64,000 bases of DNA from Diretmus argenteus (GCA_048569125.1 CM109057.1:34942381-35006380), one strand, 5' to 3'; counted from the first letter of the stretch, positions 43,917 to 54,389 are shown. A program made the numbers and translations. The notes: generated by a model from the sequence alone, not told the origin.

Positions 43917-44701
43917 CTCAACATTAATAAAACAAACTATATTGTATTTCGATCAATCAGAAATAAAAATAACTCAGACCATATCTGTCCCACAATCAAT
44001 GGGCAAGCAATCAATCGAGTCCCTTCAACTAAATTTCTCGGCGTGCACATTGATGAATTCATAGACTTCAAGTGCCATATTGACATCCTAATTAATAAAC
44101 TATCTAAATATGTAGGGCTATTCTTTAAATTAAGACATTTTCTGCCACTTTCTGCACTCCTCTCACTATACAGATCCCTCTTCGAACCACATGTCAATTA
44201 CTGCAATATCATTTGGTGCAATACTTTTCCCAGTCACCTTACAAAACTACAGTCTCTACAAAAAAAAATTATACGTGCAATATCCTGGTCTGATTTCACT
44301 GCTCCCACTGGCTCACTCTTTTACACTTACGGTCTCCTCAGGCTATCTGAGATCAACATTTACCACAATGCCTGTATAATGTATCAAGTCATATACAGAA
44401 CAAACCCTCGCCTATGTGAGCTTGTCCCAGTCTTCCATCCCCTGCACACATACAAAACCAGGAATAAAAATCATATCACGGGTAAAAAGCGAAAACTTAA
44501 ATGCACTAGCCTGAGTATCGTGTGCAGAGGACCACAGATTTGGAACGAACTCGATGGCTTCATTAAAATGTCCCAGTCTTTCTCATCCTTCAAAAAAAAT
44601 GTCAAAAAGAAACTTCTGTCCACATATGTCTAATCGCCTATCACTTAATTGAGATAAACTACTAACAAAGCTGTTGTACTTCTGTAGATGTATCGATGTA
44701 T

Positions 44702-44761
<60 letters not shown>

Positions 44762-44775
44762 TGGGTGTGGGTGAG
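43904..44775 (+). mobile_element. same LINE, 3' part after the PLE insertion (RT C-terminus, 3' UTR and (TG)n tail)
   Basis: Track ORF 43893-44633 (...NKLSLNINKTNYIVFRS...) continues the reading frame of ORF 30508-31329 (...[10 protein letters not shown]) once the insert and one copy of the 13-bp duplication are removed. It ends in (TG)n at 44704-44775. Confidence 0.85.
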
Positions 44776-44814
44776 GATACATGCTTGTGTCCGGGGGGGG
44801 GGGGGGGGGGGGGG
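44704..44814. repeat. (TG)n then (GGGTGT)n then poly-G: 3' tail of the LINE
   Basis: 27 TG units followed by a run of 26 G residues. Confidence 0.9.
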
Positions 44815-45218
44815 TGCGGTGGTACGTCACTTTATTGTTTGTCTGATGTCCAGGGTCCCCTACCATAAGCATTCCTTGCTTCTTTGGGGTCTCCCTTTCA
44901 TGTGCCCTCTGTCTGTACATTATTCCAACTGCAATCTGCATTGTTCCTTTTTTGTGCATGAATAAAACACATCTGAATCTGAATCTGAATCTGAATCTGT
45001 AATACATTTCTAATCGGTCTTTTTCCTGATTGCTTTGTGTTCTTGATCACATCCCTGAATATTCTAGAAATCGGTATAAAAACCACAACTTAAGGGGTTT
45101 ACACTGAGTGTGTGCGTTTAGATTTTTAAAGTGGTCCATTGAGATATCCTGAGGGATCACGTGCAGCATTCCCAGGAGGAGGAATCATTTAATCCAATAT
45201 TTTGATCCTCATCTGCAG

Positions 45219-45352
45219 CCTGATTGGTCCGTCTCACTGCCACGGCACTGACGACCTGCTGACTCTGACCAATCCAGAGATGACGCGGGCTTTTGAGGAG
45301 TTCCTCCTCCCGTCGGAAGGCGACAGAACCAGAGCTCATCTCGTATTGTCAG
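45219..45352 (+). CDS. tep1: tep1 exon 28: SLIGPSHCHGTDDLLTLTNPEMTRAFEEFLLPSEGDRTRAHLVLS
   Basis: Acceptor tcatctgcag|, donor cag|gtgaga. Phase fits exon 27 (ag+c). Confidence 0.7.
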
Positions 45353-45437
45353 GTGAGATGCACACAGTTTGTTTACATTTCTTTTATTATTTGAGAGGCT
45401 TTAAGAGGCTGTATCGTTCTGTCGTCTCTTTCCACAG

Positions 45438-45526
45438 CTCATCTGTGGGCGCTGGCTGACCCCCAGGGAACTGATACCTTCCTCCACTGTGAGGCCAACT
45501 CCATCCTGAACCTGCCTTCCCACCTG
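45438..45526 (+). CDS. tep1: tep1 exon 29: AHLWALADPQGTDTFLHCEANSILNLPSHL
   Basis: Acceptor ctttccacag|, donor ctg|gttagt. Aligns to human AAQLWKTCDADASGTFRSCPPEALGDLPYHL. Confidence 0.8.
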
Positions 45527-45889
45527 GTTAGTAACCTTCCATCAACACCCATCACATAAACACTGTAGGCCCTAGCAATAGGCCATGCAATAGGCTTTCT
45601 CACAGATTTTTGTTTTTGGCATGCCGCATACCAATCATTATATCGGATCACTAATCAACATTGAACGCTCAGTACTTGTGAGGCCTTAACAAGTAAAAGG
45701 AAATAAATTGATTGTATAACCAGAGCTTTTGGTAAAGGAAGGAAATGTCCAATGAGCAAAATCAGCCTGTTTCGCAAGAAGCAAGAACTCAGAGAAAGTA
45801 ATACATGTTTGACTTGTCCAGACGTTTCCTCCACAGCAACGACCATTACATGAGTAGCTGATGATATTTACTGTAAGTTTTATATCTAG

Positions 45890-46004
45890 ATGGGAAGTGA
45901 CCAATGGGAAGCGCTCTACTCCCTGCTCTCCAGTTACTACTTCATGTATGCGAATGTGCGCCACGGCCTCCTGCACCACCTCCTGGAGACCTACAGCTTG
46001 TATG
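45890..46004 (+). CDS. tep1: tep1 exon 30: MGSDQWEALYSLLSSYYFMYANVRHGLLHHLLETYSLY
   Basis: Acceptor tatatctag|, donor tatg|gtaagt. Phase 0/1. Confidence 0.7.
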
Positions 46005-46204
46005 GTAAGTGGGCGGAGCCTGCATGACCATATGATTTATTACGCAATACCGTTTGTTAGTTTGGATGGTCTCTCTATGATGAATCTTAAACCTTTGCAT
46101 GAGTTTGTTTGTGTGCACCTGTGTGAATATGAAGCAGGGTGTTGCTGGTACGGTCAGTAAACATCACCTGGTTCTCATCCTGTTAACTTCTGTCTTTTCT
46201 GCAG

Positions 46205-46231
46205 ACAAGAAGAGTAAGTTTGTGCCTTCAG
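46205..46231 (+). CDS. tep1: tep1 exon 31: 27-nt micro-exon DKKSKFVPS
   Basis: Acceptor tcttttctgcag|, donor cag|gtgagt. Phase 1/1 is required to join exon 30 to exon 32. Confidence 0.55.
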
Positions 46232-46329
46232 GTGAGTGTGTGACTGGTTATGCATGTGTGTATTTGTCACCTCACGTACAATGCAACGCTTCCGTGTTGC
46301 AGTCAATGACAGTAGGTTTTTCTTCTCAG

Positions 46330-46537
46330 CTGCCATCCAGGGCAACATGGAGGACTGCTGGGGTTTCCTGCAGTCTCAGGCCTCCCTCTTTTCGTCCTGG
46401 CCGGCCCTTTTCATTCAGCAGGCACTCAACAATCCACCCCAGACCTCTGCTCACGCCTGGGCACAAGGCCTGATGGGAAAGGGAGGTGCCCGGGTTGTCC
46501 GGTGGCTAAACAACAATCAAATTACACAACAGACTTG
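46330..46537 (+). CDS. tep1: tep1 exon 32: AAIQGNMEDCWGFLQSQASLFSSWPALFIQQALNNPPQTSAHAWAQGLMGKGGARVVRWLNNNQITQQT
   Basis: Acceptor ttcttctcag|, donor ttg|gtaagc. Aligns to human ...LSRRWHLQHTLRWLNKPRTMKNQQ. Confidence 0.75.
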
Positions 46538-47064
46538 GTAAGCAGGTTGGTTTCAAGGTGCAGTTAATGCATGTGTGGTTGTAGTGGGATATCAGATGTC
46601 TTTCCGAAATCCAGTGTCGACACCAGGCGCATCTTCACATTAAAAATGCAGTTGAGTAAACCGTCTTCCTTTTCAGCCGTCGGTTTCTTTTTCTAAGGAT
46701 ACATATAATTTTCTAGAAGGAAGAGTATTTATTCTCATTCCAATGTAAACATATCCCACGTTTAGAGGGCTTTTATTTGTCATATCTGAAAGTTATGGTA
46801 TTAATATCAACTAGTGCATGTGCACATTGAGGGCGTGGCCGGTCGGAGGGCGGATTTGTCCAAATTTCTCAAGAACCGCACGTCTGAACAACCTCAAACT
46901 CAGCACTGCACTTCCTCGGGCCATGAGCAATACACCCGCCAAGTATGAAGTCGAGCGGAGGAATGTTTCCCGAGATATGCGAAGGACACACACAGAAACA
47001 CACACAGATTCCTCACTTTATAGTTAGATAGTGATTGTTGTTGGTTTTGTGTGTTTCAACCCAG

Positions 47065-47185
47065 TAAGCTGGTGTCGACCTTCTCCTCTGAGCCCACCTG
47101 TGTGGTCCTGAGCCCAGACGGAGGGCTGATGGCGGTTGGAACTGGACAGGGAACGCTGCATTTCATCCACACACAGACTGGACAG
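47065..47185 (+). CDS. tep1: tep1 exon 33 (first WD40 blade): KLVSTFSSEPTCVVLSPDGGLMAVGTGQGTLHFIHTQTGQ
   Basis: Acceptor tttcaacccag|, donor cag|gttaga. Aligns to human VAFSTNGQRAAVGTANGTVYLLDLRTWQ. Confidence 0.85.
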
Positions 47186-47307
47186 GTTAGAAACGCTGCT
47201 GACGGGGATGGGATGTATTTAAAATAATAAATAAACAGTCGTGTCAAAGTGTCCAAAGACATATATTATTAGAATAAACCAGTGAATCTCCTCCTGGCTG
47301 TGAACAG

Positions 47308-47432
47308 GAAGTGAGGTCGTTAGTGAGCAGCTGTGACGGCGTCTCTAGCGGTCTCTTCCTGCGGGACGGGCTTCTTGCTACCACCTCTTTTGACGGACGG
47401 ATAGAGATGTGGGACGTGGAGAACGGCTGCAG
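47308..47432 (+). CDS. tep1: tep1 exon 34: EVRSLVSSCDGVSSGLFLRDGLLATTSFDGRIEMWDVENGC
   Basis: Acceptor tgtgaacag|, donor ag|gtgaga. Aligns to human EEKSVVSGCDGISACLFLSDDTLFLTAFDGLLELWDLQHGC. Confidence 0.85.
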
Positions 47433-47558
47433 GTGAGAGGCGAAGAGGTCGAAAGGAGAGTCCTTAAAACGTCTCAGATCATAACAAAAACATCCAGCTC
47501 TGTTTCTCCACATGTTCCATGGGCTCCACTTACTTAACTCTGTTTCTTGTCTTTGCAG

Positions 47559-47658
47559 GACTGCTGTTATTAACGGCCACTCTAATGTTATAACAGGAAG
47601 TGATGTCACTGCAGACAGGAAGCACATTGCAACGGTGTCCCTGGACTTCATGCTGAAA
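47559..47658 (+). CDS. tep1: tep1 exon 35: (R)TAVINGHSNVITGSDVTADRKHIATVSLDFMLK
   Basis: Acceptor tgtctttgcag|, donor aaa|gttggt. Aligns to human RVLQTKAHQYQITGCCLSPDCRLLATVCLGGCLK. Confidence 0.8.
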
Positions 47659-47781
47659 GTTGGTCTAAATTCAATCTTTTATACTTCTAATTACTATTAT
47701 ACTATAGTGTTATTTACTATAATTATACTAAGACTATATTATTAAATTAAACTGCACACTTCACTTGAGATGTTGTTTTCT

Positions 47782-48108
47782 CAGGGTGTCCGCGGGGTCT
47801 TAAAAAGTCTTAAATTCTCAATAAAAGGCCTTAAAAGGTATTAAAAAGTCTTAAATTTAATTTGCATAAATTTGTTGTGGGTCTCAGGAGATGAAATAAT
47901 ATTAAATATGTCAAATGTTTTTGATTCGAATACTTTTATGTGTTTCTGTTAATAAATTCTAGTACTTTTAACTGTCATTTACCTATAAATCACTACTTGT
48001 TCTTTTGATAGTATGGCAGTAAAATTGGTATTAAATTGCATTCAGAGTGGTCTTAAAAAGGTCTTAAAAAGTCTTAAATTTAACTTGTTGAAACCTGCAG
48101 ATACCCTG
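47782..48108. mobile_element. MITE family B copy
   Basis: cagggtgtccgcggggtcttaaaaagtcttaaat ... gtcttaaatttaacttgttgaaacctgcagataccctg. The terminal inverted repeats are imperfect. Confidence 0.75.
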
Positions 48109-48148
48109 TCTCTGTGCTTTATATATGCAAAATGCTTTTTGTCTACAG

Positions 48149-48304
48149 GTGTGGTCGTCCCGTGAAGGTCGTGAGGTAGCATCGCAGGTTAGCCCCAGCC
48201 CTCTGAACTGTGTGACCTTTGACCCTGAAGGTCACCTGCTGGCGGCTGGCTGCTGGAATGGGGATGTGACAGTGTGGAACTGGCTCCAGAATAAAAGACT
48301 GACA
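48149..48304 (+). CDS. tep1: tep1 exon 36: VWSSREGREVASQVSPSPLNCVTFDPEGHLLAAGCWNGDVTVWNWLQNKRLT
   Basis: Acceptor tttttgtctacag|, donor aca|gtgagt. Aligns to human LWDTVRGQLAFQHTYPKSLNCVAFHPEGQVIATGSWAGSISFF. Confidence 0.85.
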
Positions 48305-48438
48305 GTGAGTTAAGACCATAAAACTGCTACTAGTCATCAGCGTCCTGTCCAGCATTACTCTCATGCATTATTTAAGTTATAATCTGCAACATTTATTATA
48401 TATATATTTTCTCCTTATGTTCTCCCTCTCTCCACCAG

Positions 48439-48654
48439 TCTCTCTCTGGTCACCAGCGGTCAGTGCGTAGTCTCTCTTTCTCCCCCTCCTCCTCCTCCAT
48501 GCTGTGCTCTGGCTGTCTGTTTGGGGAGGTGAGGGTGTGGTCAGTGCCCACCGCCACCTGCGTGGGGCGCTACCAGGCTCACAGCGGCGCCACGGAGAAC
48601 CTCACCTTCCTGAATGAAGGGACCAGGCTGCTGAGCGCCGGCTCCGACCACATG
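48439..48654 (+). CDS. tep1: tep1 exon 37: SLSGHQRSVRSLSFSPSSSSMLCSGCLFGEVRVWSVPTATCVGRYQAHSGATENLTFLNEGTRLLSAGSDHM
   Basis: Acceptor ctctccaccag|, donor atg|gtgagg. Aligns to human ...LAAFPAHHGFVAAALFLHAGCQLLTAGEDGK. Confidence 0.85.
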
Positions 48655-48691
48655 GTGAGGCGTCACTTCCCACACATGGCATGATAGAAAC

Positions 48692-49069
48692 TTAAAGGGT
48701 AACTTTGGGATTTTTCAACCTTTCCCATCATTTTGTGTCTAAAGTGACTAATGGAGACAACAGTTTTTGGAATTGGTCCAGTATTGAGCGAGTCGTTAGC
48801 TGCGAAACAGACTGCAATGTAACCCTATGGGGCAATTGCGCCCTGTCAATGTACGACCTCTAAAAGTGCTTGTTTTTACCCCTGACAGGCTCAGATTGTA
48901 CATTGACAGGGTGCAATTGCCCCATAGGGTTACATAGCAGTCCATTTTGTGGCTAACGGCTCGCTCAATACTGGACCAATTTCAAAAATTGTTGTCCCCA
49001 TCAGTCACTTAGGCACAAAATGATGGGAAAATAGGGTCCAGGTTGAAAAATCCTTAAGTTACCCTTTAA
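48692..49069. mobile_element. hairpin MITE family D (TIR ttaaagggtaactttgggatttttcaacc), flanked by TTAA
   Basis: Near-perfect 180-bp palindrome. TTAA occurs at both ends (48692-48695 and 49066-49069). Confidence 0.8.
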
Positions 49070-49243
49070 GTCTTCCACCCACAGGCCACGGTGGCAGGTG
49101 GATTCAAATGCTTAACATCAGTCATCAATAATAGTAATAATAGCATCAATGTTCACTATTTTACCAGACAAATAGATTTTTTTAAAGAGAAGAACCTCCA
49201 ACGGATGATTGCTTTCTTGCCAAAGTAGAAACAAACTACACCT

Positions 49244-49246
<3 letters not shown>

Positions 49247-49300
<54 letters not shown>
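49247..49300. repeat. (CA)n microsatellite 30 nt upstream of the exon-38 acceptor
   Basis: 27 CA units followed by ggtaagt. Confidence 0.95.
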
Positions 49301-49302
<2 letters not shown>

Positions 49303-49330
49303 TAAGTAAAATAATCTCCATCTTCTCCAG

Positions 49331-49387
49331 CTCCAGCTCTGGTCCGGGGGACTTGGTTGTTCAGTCACTGTGTTTAAAGAAGACGAG
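49331..49387 (+). CDS. tep1: tep1 exon 38: LQLWSGGLGCSVTVFKEDE
   Basis: Acceptor tcttctccag|, donor gag|gtgagc. Aligns to human VQVWSGSLG. A (CA)n array plus a gtaagt pseudo-donor lie 30 nt upstream. Confidence 0.7.
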
Positions 49388-49633
49388 GTGAGCTGCTGTC
49401 CATCTCTTACTGATCTCTACAGCTGTCACTCTGTATTCATGTTCCTCTTCTTCATCCATATCAACTGTTAGTCTTCTTCCATGTGGATAATAAGTATATA
49501 TTTTAAATCTGTGGTTAACAGATTGTAACCTTAAACCTATCGAATGATGAACATCCAGTAATCCCCCCCCCCCCAAATGGGTATATATCACTTAGCACTT
49601 ACTGTCCAATTACTGTATGATTTGCTCTTTCAG

Positions 49634-49769
49634 TATGAACAGGAACCTCCTCAGAAGAAACGGAAGTCCATCACGTCGGATCCCGCTGCTCTATGCGTGG
49701 CTGTTGACGGAGATTACGCTGCCGTGGGTTATCATGGGAAGGGCATCAAGCTCTTCAACCGTGAGTCAG
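49634..49769 (+). CDS. tep1: tep1 exon 39: YEQEPPQKKRKSITSDPAALCVAVDGDYAAVGYHGKGIKLFNRES(G)
   Basis: Acceptor tgctctttcag|, donor cag|gtgagt. An alternative in-phase donor gtgagt lies 9 nt upstream at 49761. Aligns to human LSPDGDRVAVGYRADGIRIY. Confidence 0.75.
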
Positions 49770-50724
49770 GTGAGTGTCTGCCGGGAACGTCAGGATTCAA
49801 ACCCACAATACTGACAGAACTAACACATATGATAAAGGGTGAAAGGAGAATAAGAGGCATCAAATTACAGAGAAGACTCCCACTTGCATAAACTGTGAAC
49901 TTCACACTTTCACTGTTTGTGGGAATTTATTTATTGTTCTGTATACAAATCGTTACGCGTAGAAACTTCGCACACTGAGTCCGATGCGTTTTATTAGTCT
50001 ATTCGTTGCGGAAAAATCAAAATCCGAGACAAAACGGAGTCGAGCAGCGAGGAGGATTTTGTTCCTCTCACTTCCTGAAAGTAGAAAAAGACAAAAGAAA
50101 TACTGGGTCCCTCCGATCCTGAGAAGACATCAGGAGCAAGGAGAGTTTCACCTGCTGAGGAAGGAGAATTCTCCCGATGGTTTCCAGGTCTAGCTCAGGA
50201 TGTCAGTGGTCCAGTTTGATACTGAAACCACACATTAAAAACAAGACCACCAAGTTCCACGATCCAGTTGATCCTGAACAGCGTCTGGCAGTATGTCAGG
50301 TAGAGATGGATGGATGAGAAAAAAACGCATAAAATCAACAACAACTTTAATGAAGGATGAAAGTTTTGGCGTTGGCGTGTAAACGCGATCGCCACAATGT
50401 GAGGTCGTATTTAACTCCACACATTAAATATGGACCCGTGCCTAAACCTGGTTCTCCTCCCTTTCTCTTTATTCCCTCCCTCGATTCCCTCTGTTCTCAG
50501 TATCCACCGGTATCCACTTTTAATCCCGTTAGCTTGCCAAAGTTTTCCAATCACTCCTCTTAACAGAAATTGATCTCTTGGGCGCCCTTGTGTCTCGGCA
50601 GGTTAAGACCCATACTCTGTCACCTGTACACACATCTAATAATGCCGAACTCCCATGAAATATATCACGACGGAGAGAATCTCGTAAACAAATCCGCCAT
50701 AAACGAAGCTTTTTGTGATTGTAG

Positions 50725-50964
50725 GTGAGAGGACGTGGGCCAGCGAGGACCTCCGGGTGTCCATCCTGTGCCTGATGTGGCTGGCTGTTGAAACGGAGCA
50801 GGACGGTCCTGGGCTGCTGGTGTCCGGTGGAGGAGACAAGTACCTGAGGGTCTGGAGGAGGCGAGAAGAGGAGGCAGTGCTGGAAAGCCTGGGGGAGTTT
50901 GGGATGCAACAAGGTCCCATCCTGGCTCTGACCCAGAACTCCTCATACCTGGCGTCTGCCTCTG
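50725..50964 (+). CDS. tep1: tep1 exon 40: ERTWASEDLRVSILCLMWLAVETEQDGPGLLVSGGGDKYLRVWRRREEEAVLESLGEFGMQQGPILALTQNSSYLASAS
   Basis: Acceptor tgtgattgtag|, donor ctg|gtcagt. Aligns to human ...VLVSGAEDGSLQGWALK...LGLATSQELLASAS. Confidence 0.8.
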
Positions 50965-51065
50965 GTCAGTCTCGTTGATGGTAAAAGAGAACAAATGAAA
51001 ATATCTCATTATGTGAACTCATATTAACTGCTTATTGTCCCCTTCTCCATTTCCATATGGTTCAG

Positions 51066-51223
51066 ATGACTTCACCATTGCTCTGTGGTCAGTGCCGGAC
51101 CTGACCCTTGACCCCTGGGTCGTCCCCACTGTGGTGTCTGTGCTGAGGGGCCACAGTGGGGGGGTCACCTGCCTGGCGTTCAGCCCTGATGGTGGAGAGC
51201 TGCTGTCTGGGGGGAAAGATCAG
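51066..51223 (+). CDS. tep1: tep1 exon 41: DDFTIALWSVPDLTLDPWVVPTVVSVLRGHSGGVTCLAFSPDGGELLSGGKDQ
   Basis: Acceptor tatggttcag|, donor cag|gtgcgt. Near-identical to human EDFTVQLWPRQLL...ELRGHEGPVSCCSFSTDGGSLATGGRD. Confidence 0.9.
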
Positions 51224-51263
51224 GTGCGTGTTGTAGTGTCACGTTCTGACTTTGATACCAAGT

Positions 51264-51696
51264 TTAAAGGGTAACTTCGGGATTTTTCAACCTGGATCCT
51301 ATTTTTCCATAACCCTGTGTGTAAGTGACTGATGGGGACAACAGTTTTTGAAATTGGTCCGGTATTGAGCTAGACGTTAACCGCGAAACAAGCTCGGGGA
51401 CATTGCGCCCCGTCAATGTACAGTACGTCCTCTAAAAGCGTTTTTTTTTTTTTTTTGCCACTGACAGGCTCCGATTGTTATTGTCTGACAGGATCCCTAC
51501 AGAGAAACAAAATGTTTTTCTTTACCTTTCACTTGATCCGGTGTGTTGTTATTGTGTTAGCAGCCATTTGTAGCACAACTAGCCACCACTTCAGCGTGTC
51601 CATATCCAACGTAGTCTATGAAAGCTGCGCGAATTGTCACTTAACGGTTATGGGGAAATGGGGTCCAGGTTGAAAAATCCCAAAGTCGCCCTTTAA
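51264..51696. mobile_element. hairpin MITE family D copy 2, flanked by TTAA, with an internal T15
   Basis: TIRs tttaaagggtaacttcgggatttttcaacc ... ggttgaaaaatcccaaagtcgccctttaa. TTAA at 51264-51267 and 51693-51696. Confidence 0.8.
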
Positions 51697-52130
51697 CATC
51701 TAAACATTTGATAGCACGGCAACAACGTACAGTAAACAACTCCTGCAACGGGGTTTTCTTATGTTGTTCCACGTTTCACTCACGGCACCAGTTTGCTCTT
51801 GGGGAAAGTGTTGAACATTTGTAAAATTCAATATTGAATTCAATCGTTTACTGTGGTAATGACGTAATATTGACATTTTGTTAAGCGTGACAACACTAGT
51901 ATGCTGATTCCAGCTGAAATAAATAACACTACCCTTGTTCCTGTAAATATAAAGGAAGTGGTAGCGTAAAGATTAGAGGAGGAGGCTTGGAACTTAAAGG
52001 GTGCTGGTTCAAATCCCCAGATCAGGGGGGAAGCTGGGTAGGGAAAGGGAATGACCTGCTCAGCTCGGTGTTGCCGAATGTTTCAGACTTGACTGACTCT
52101 GTTGTAATCGTAAGAATATCTTTGTTTCAG

Positions 52131-52238
52131 GCCCTGATGGTGTGGAATGTGAGTTCCTCTACTCCTGCTCTCTCTAAGTCGCTCCCCCACTCTCACAGAG
52201 ACTGGATCACCGGCTGTGTTTGGACCTCAGACTGCGTG
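52131..52238 (+). CDS. tep1: tep1 exon 42: ALMVWNVSSSTPALSKSLPHSHRDWITGCVWTSDCV
   Basis: Acceptor ctttgtttcag|, donor gtg|gtgagt. Aligns to human SLLCWDVRTPKTPVLIHSFPACHRDWVTGCAWTKDNL. Confidence 0.9.
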
Positions 52239-52378
52239 GTGAGTCTGCCTTACATCATTGGGCTTCGAATATACCCTGTACATCGACCTGGGGACGACGT
52301 CTGCCCCAGGCTCCGCTTGTTTTATCACTCCAAAAAGGGATTATATTGCATTATTGACTTACTTTGACTCCTCCTAAG

Positions 52379-52483
52379 GTGAGCACCTCAAATGATGGGA
52401 TGCTTCGTGTTTGGGACCTGCAGGCAGGCCACAGTCTCAGTGAAATCCCATGGGAGTGTCCTCTTAGCTCTGTCTGCTGTCTG
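52379..52483 (+). CDS. tep1: tep1 exon 43: VSTSNDGMLRVWDLQAGHSLSEIPWECPLSSVCCL
   Basis: Acceptor ctcctcctaag|, donor ctg|gtgagt. Aligns to human ISCSSDGSVGLWDPESGQRLGQFLGH. Confidence 0.85.
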
Positions 52484-52887
52484 GTGAGTTTTATAAAGTT
52501 ATAAAGTTCAGTCTCGCTTTTATTTTATTTTATTTTGGAAAAAGAGTTCTGCGTAGTCATGTTAATTAATGAATCAATTTACTCTGCAAGTAATTCTGGG
52601 ACTTTTCCTTCATATCCTTCATACTTTTTTTGTCAGTACGGACGTGAAATGGGTCTTAAATTGCATTTATGATGGTCTTAAAAAAGTCTGGCCAGTTTAT
52701 TTTGGTTATGGTTAATGTGATGTTTGAGGTGTTTTTTCCCAGGCTTGTTGAAGACACCACTCTGATTCATTTCTAATACATTTTACTGCAATCGTGGGGT
52801 TTTCGTTTTCTCACCTGAAACCTACATGAATCCTCGTAAATAAAGTGTAGGGCGGTTGTAACGGTAACATATCGACGCTGTGTACAG

Positions 52888-53014
52888 GGGCCGTATGTGA
52901 TGGCAGGCTGTGCGGAGGGGTCGCTACACGTGTGGAAGTGGGAAACGAGCACGGAGATCGGCCACATCGCCGCCCACCGCCAACGCATACACCACTGCTG
53001 TGTCCTTCCTCCAG
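52888..53014 (+). CDS. tep1: tep1 exon 44: GPYVMAGCAEGSLHVWKWETSTEIGHIAAHRQRIHHCCVLPP
   Basis: Acceptor gctgtgtacag|, donor ccag|gttagc. WD40-like segment (SLHVWKW). Confidence 0.8.
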
Positions 53015-53184
53015 GTTAGCGCTCTGTTAGCACTGTGAAACACGCACAACCAGTACAGCAGAATGACTCACGGATCAATATATGTGATATCTGTGCCCAT
53101 CTGTCCATCACATATCTCAGACACTAGTTTGATTTTGACAAAACTTGGAGGGAGGATGTATTTTGGCCGTGTTGCAGTGTTGAT

Positions 53185-53530
53185 AGTATTGTACTGATTG
53201 GCCTGATGGGGGCGCTGAAGCTTAAGGTCAAAATGTGAAACTCAAAGACACGTTATTAATGGATCCCACTGCTTTTCTTGGCAAGACCCGCCCATCAAGT
53301 GCTAAGATTGGCCAGCAGAATCTAGCCCTATGTTATTTTTCTAACCTTAACCACTCCACTACCATGCCTAAACATAACCTTCCCTCTGCTGGCCAATCCT
53401 AGCACTTGGTGGGCGGTGCTTGCCAAGAAAAGAAGTGGGATCCATAATAAAGCCTCAGACATTGTTCTGCCTTTTAAACAATACACTGATTGGCCTGATG
53501 GGGGTGCTATGAATTAAAAGTCAAAAAGAG
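53185..53530. mobile_element. composite small element: ~45-bp direct repeats flanking a ~58-bp inverted-repeat pair
   Basis: The direct repeat ctgattggcctgatggggg(c/t)gct... occurs at 53187 and 53482. The inverted pair is ggatcccactgcttttcttggcaagacccgcccatcaagtgctaagattggccagcag / ctgctggccaatcctagcacttggtgggcggtgcttgccaagaaaagaagtgggatcc. Confidence 0.55.
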
Positions 53531-53592
53531 GTCATGGGGGACATGATTTCATGTTGTTTGTTTGTTCTTTCCATTTCCCCCCCCCCTTTAAG

Positions 53593-53678
53593 ACACCACC
53601 GAAGAAGTCGTCCCAGAGGATATGATAGTTGCTACTGCATCTGATGATGGCACGGTGCAGCTTTGGAAGCCCTTCCAG
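53593..53678 (+). CDS. tep1: tep1 exon 45: DTTEEVVPEDMIVATASDDGTVQLWKPFQ
   Basis: Acceptor poly-C+ctttaag|, donor cag|gtatgt. Canonical WD40 motif ASDDGTVQLW. Confidence 0.85.
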
Positions 53679-54057
53679 GTATGTGTGTTGTAAACCTGGG
53701 GACTGGGTTTTGGCAAATAGGACAGTCACAGGAAAGTATTTGAAATCCAGTTTATACTTGGATGTGTACTTTTCTGCAATTAGCAACTTACCTGACTTGT
53801 CTGGTTGCAGTAAAGATCAATGTTTGCATTTCAGCGGCTCTTTTCCCCCCAGCTTTGGACACCACCATTCATTTCTAATGCGAGATTATAGTTGACAGTG
53901 AGAGTTTGTATGTAGCAGGGGAACTTGGGTGTAGATTTAGTTGTTTTTCCTTGTTTTGGTCCAACTTATGGTTGTAGAGTAAAAAATGATTTCCTTAGGA
54001 CGTTGTGTTTTCTCCTGCATTTGTGTTCCTGAACACATCGGCCATCTCCACGTACAG

Positions 54058-54184
54058 GTTGAGCACTTGAGCACCTTCCAGGGTCACAGCGGGGGGATAC
54101 ATGGAGTGGTCCCCAAGGAAGGAGCCCCAGAATTCCTCACTGTTTCTGAGGACTGCTCACTGAGATGCTGGACATGGACAACAG
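54058..54184 (+). CDS. tep1: tep1 exon 46: VEHLSTFQGHSGGIHGVVPKEGAPEFLTVSEDCSLRCWTWTT
   Basis: Acceptor ctccacgtacag|, donor acag|gtaacg. WD40-like GHSGGI...SEDCSLRCW. Confidence 0.85.
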
Positions 54185-54389
54185 GTAACGTTCTGCCTCC
54201 AGCTAACGGCAAAGGGAGGAAAAAAGGTTCAGGGCGGCAACTCGGTTCCTCCTATTGTGTGTACTGGCTTGTGCATTGGATGACTGAGAACGAGCAGGTG
54301 AATAAAAATGATTGTACGGATCAAGTTGCTGTCCTAATAACGTTCATTCCCTGAACTGACTGAGCAGCGTTTTAGCTGTTGGCAGGCAC

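Noticed and set aside
46811-47027. ORFs 46811-47005(-) and 46818-47027(+) between tep1 exons 32 and 33
   Set aside because: Short, with no homology signal and no splice-phase compatibility with the tep1 exon chain. The sequence is treated as intronic.
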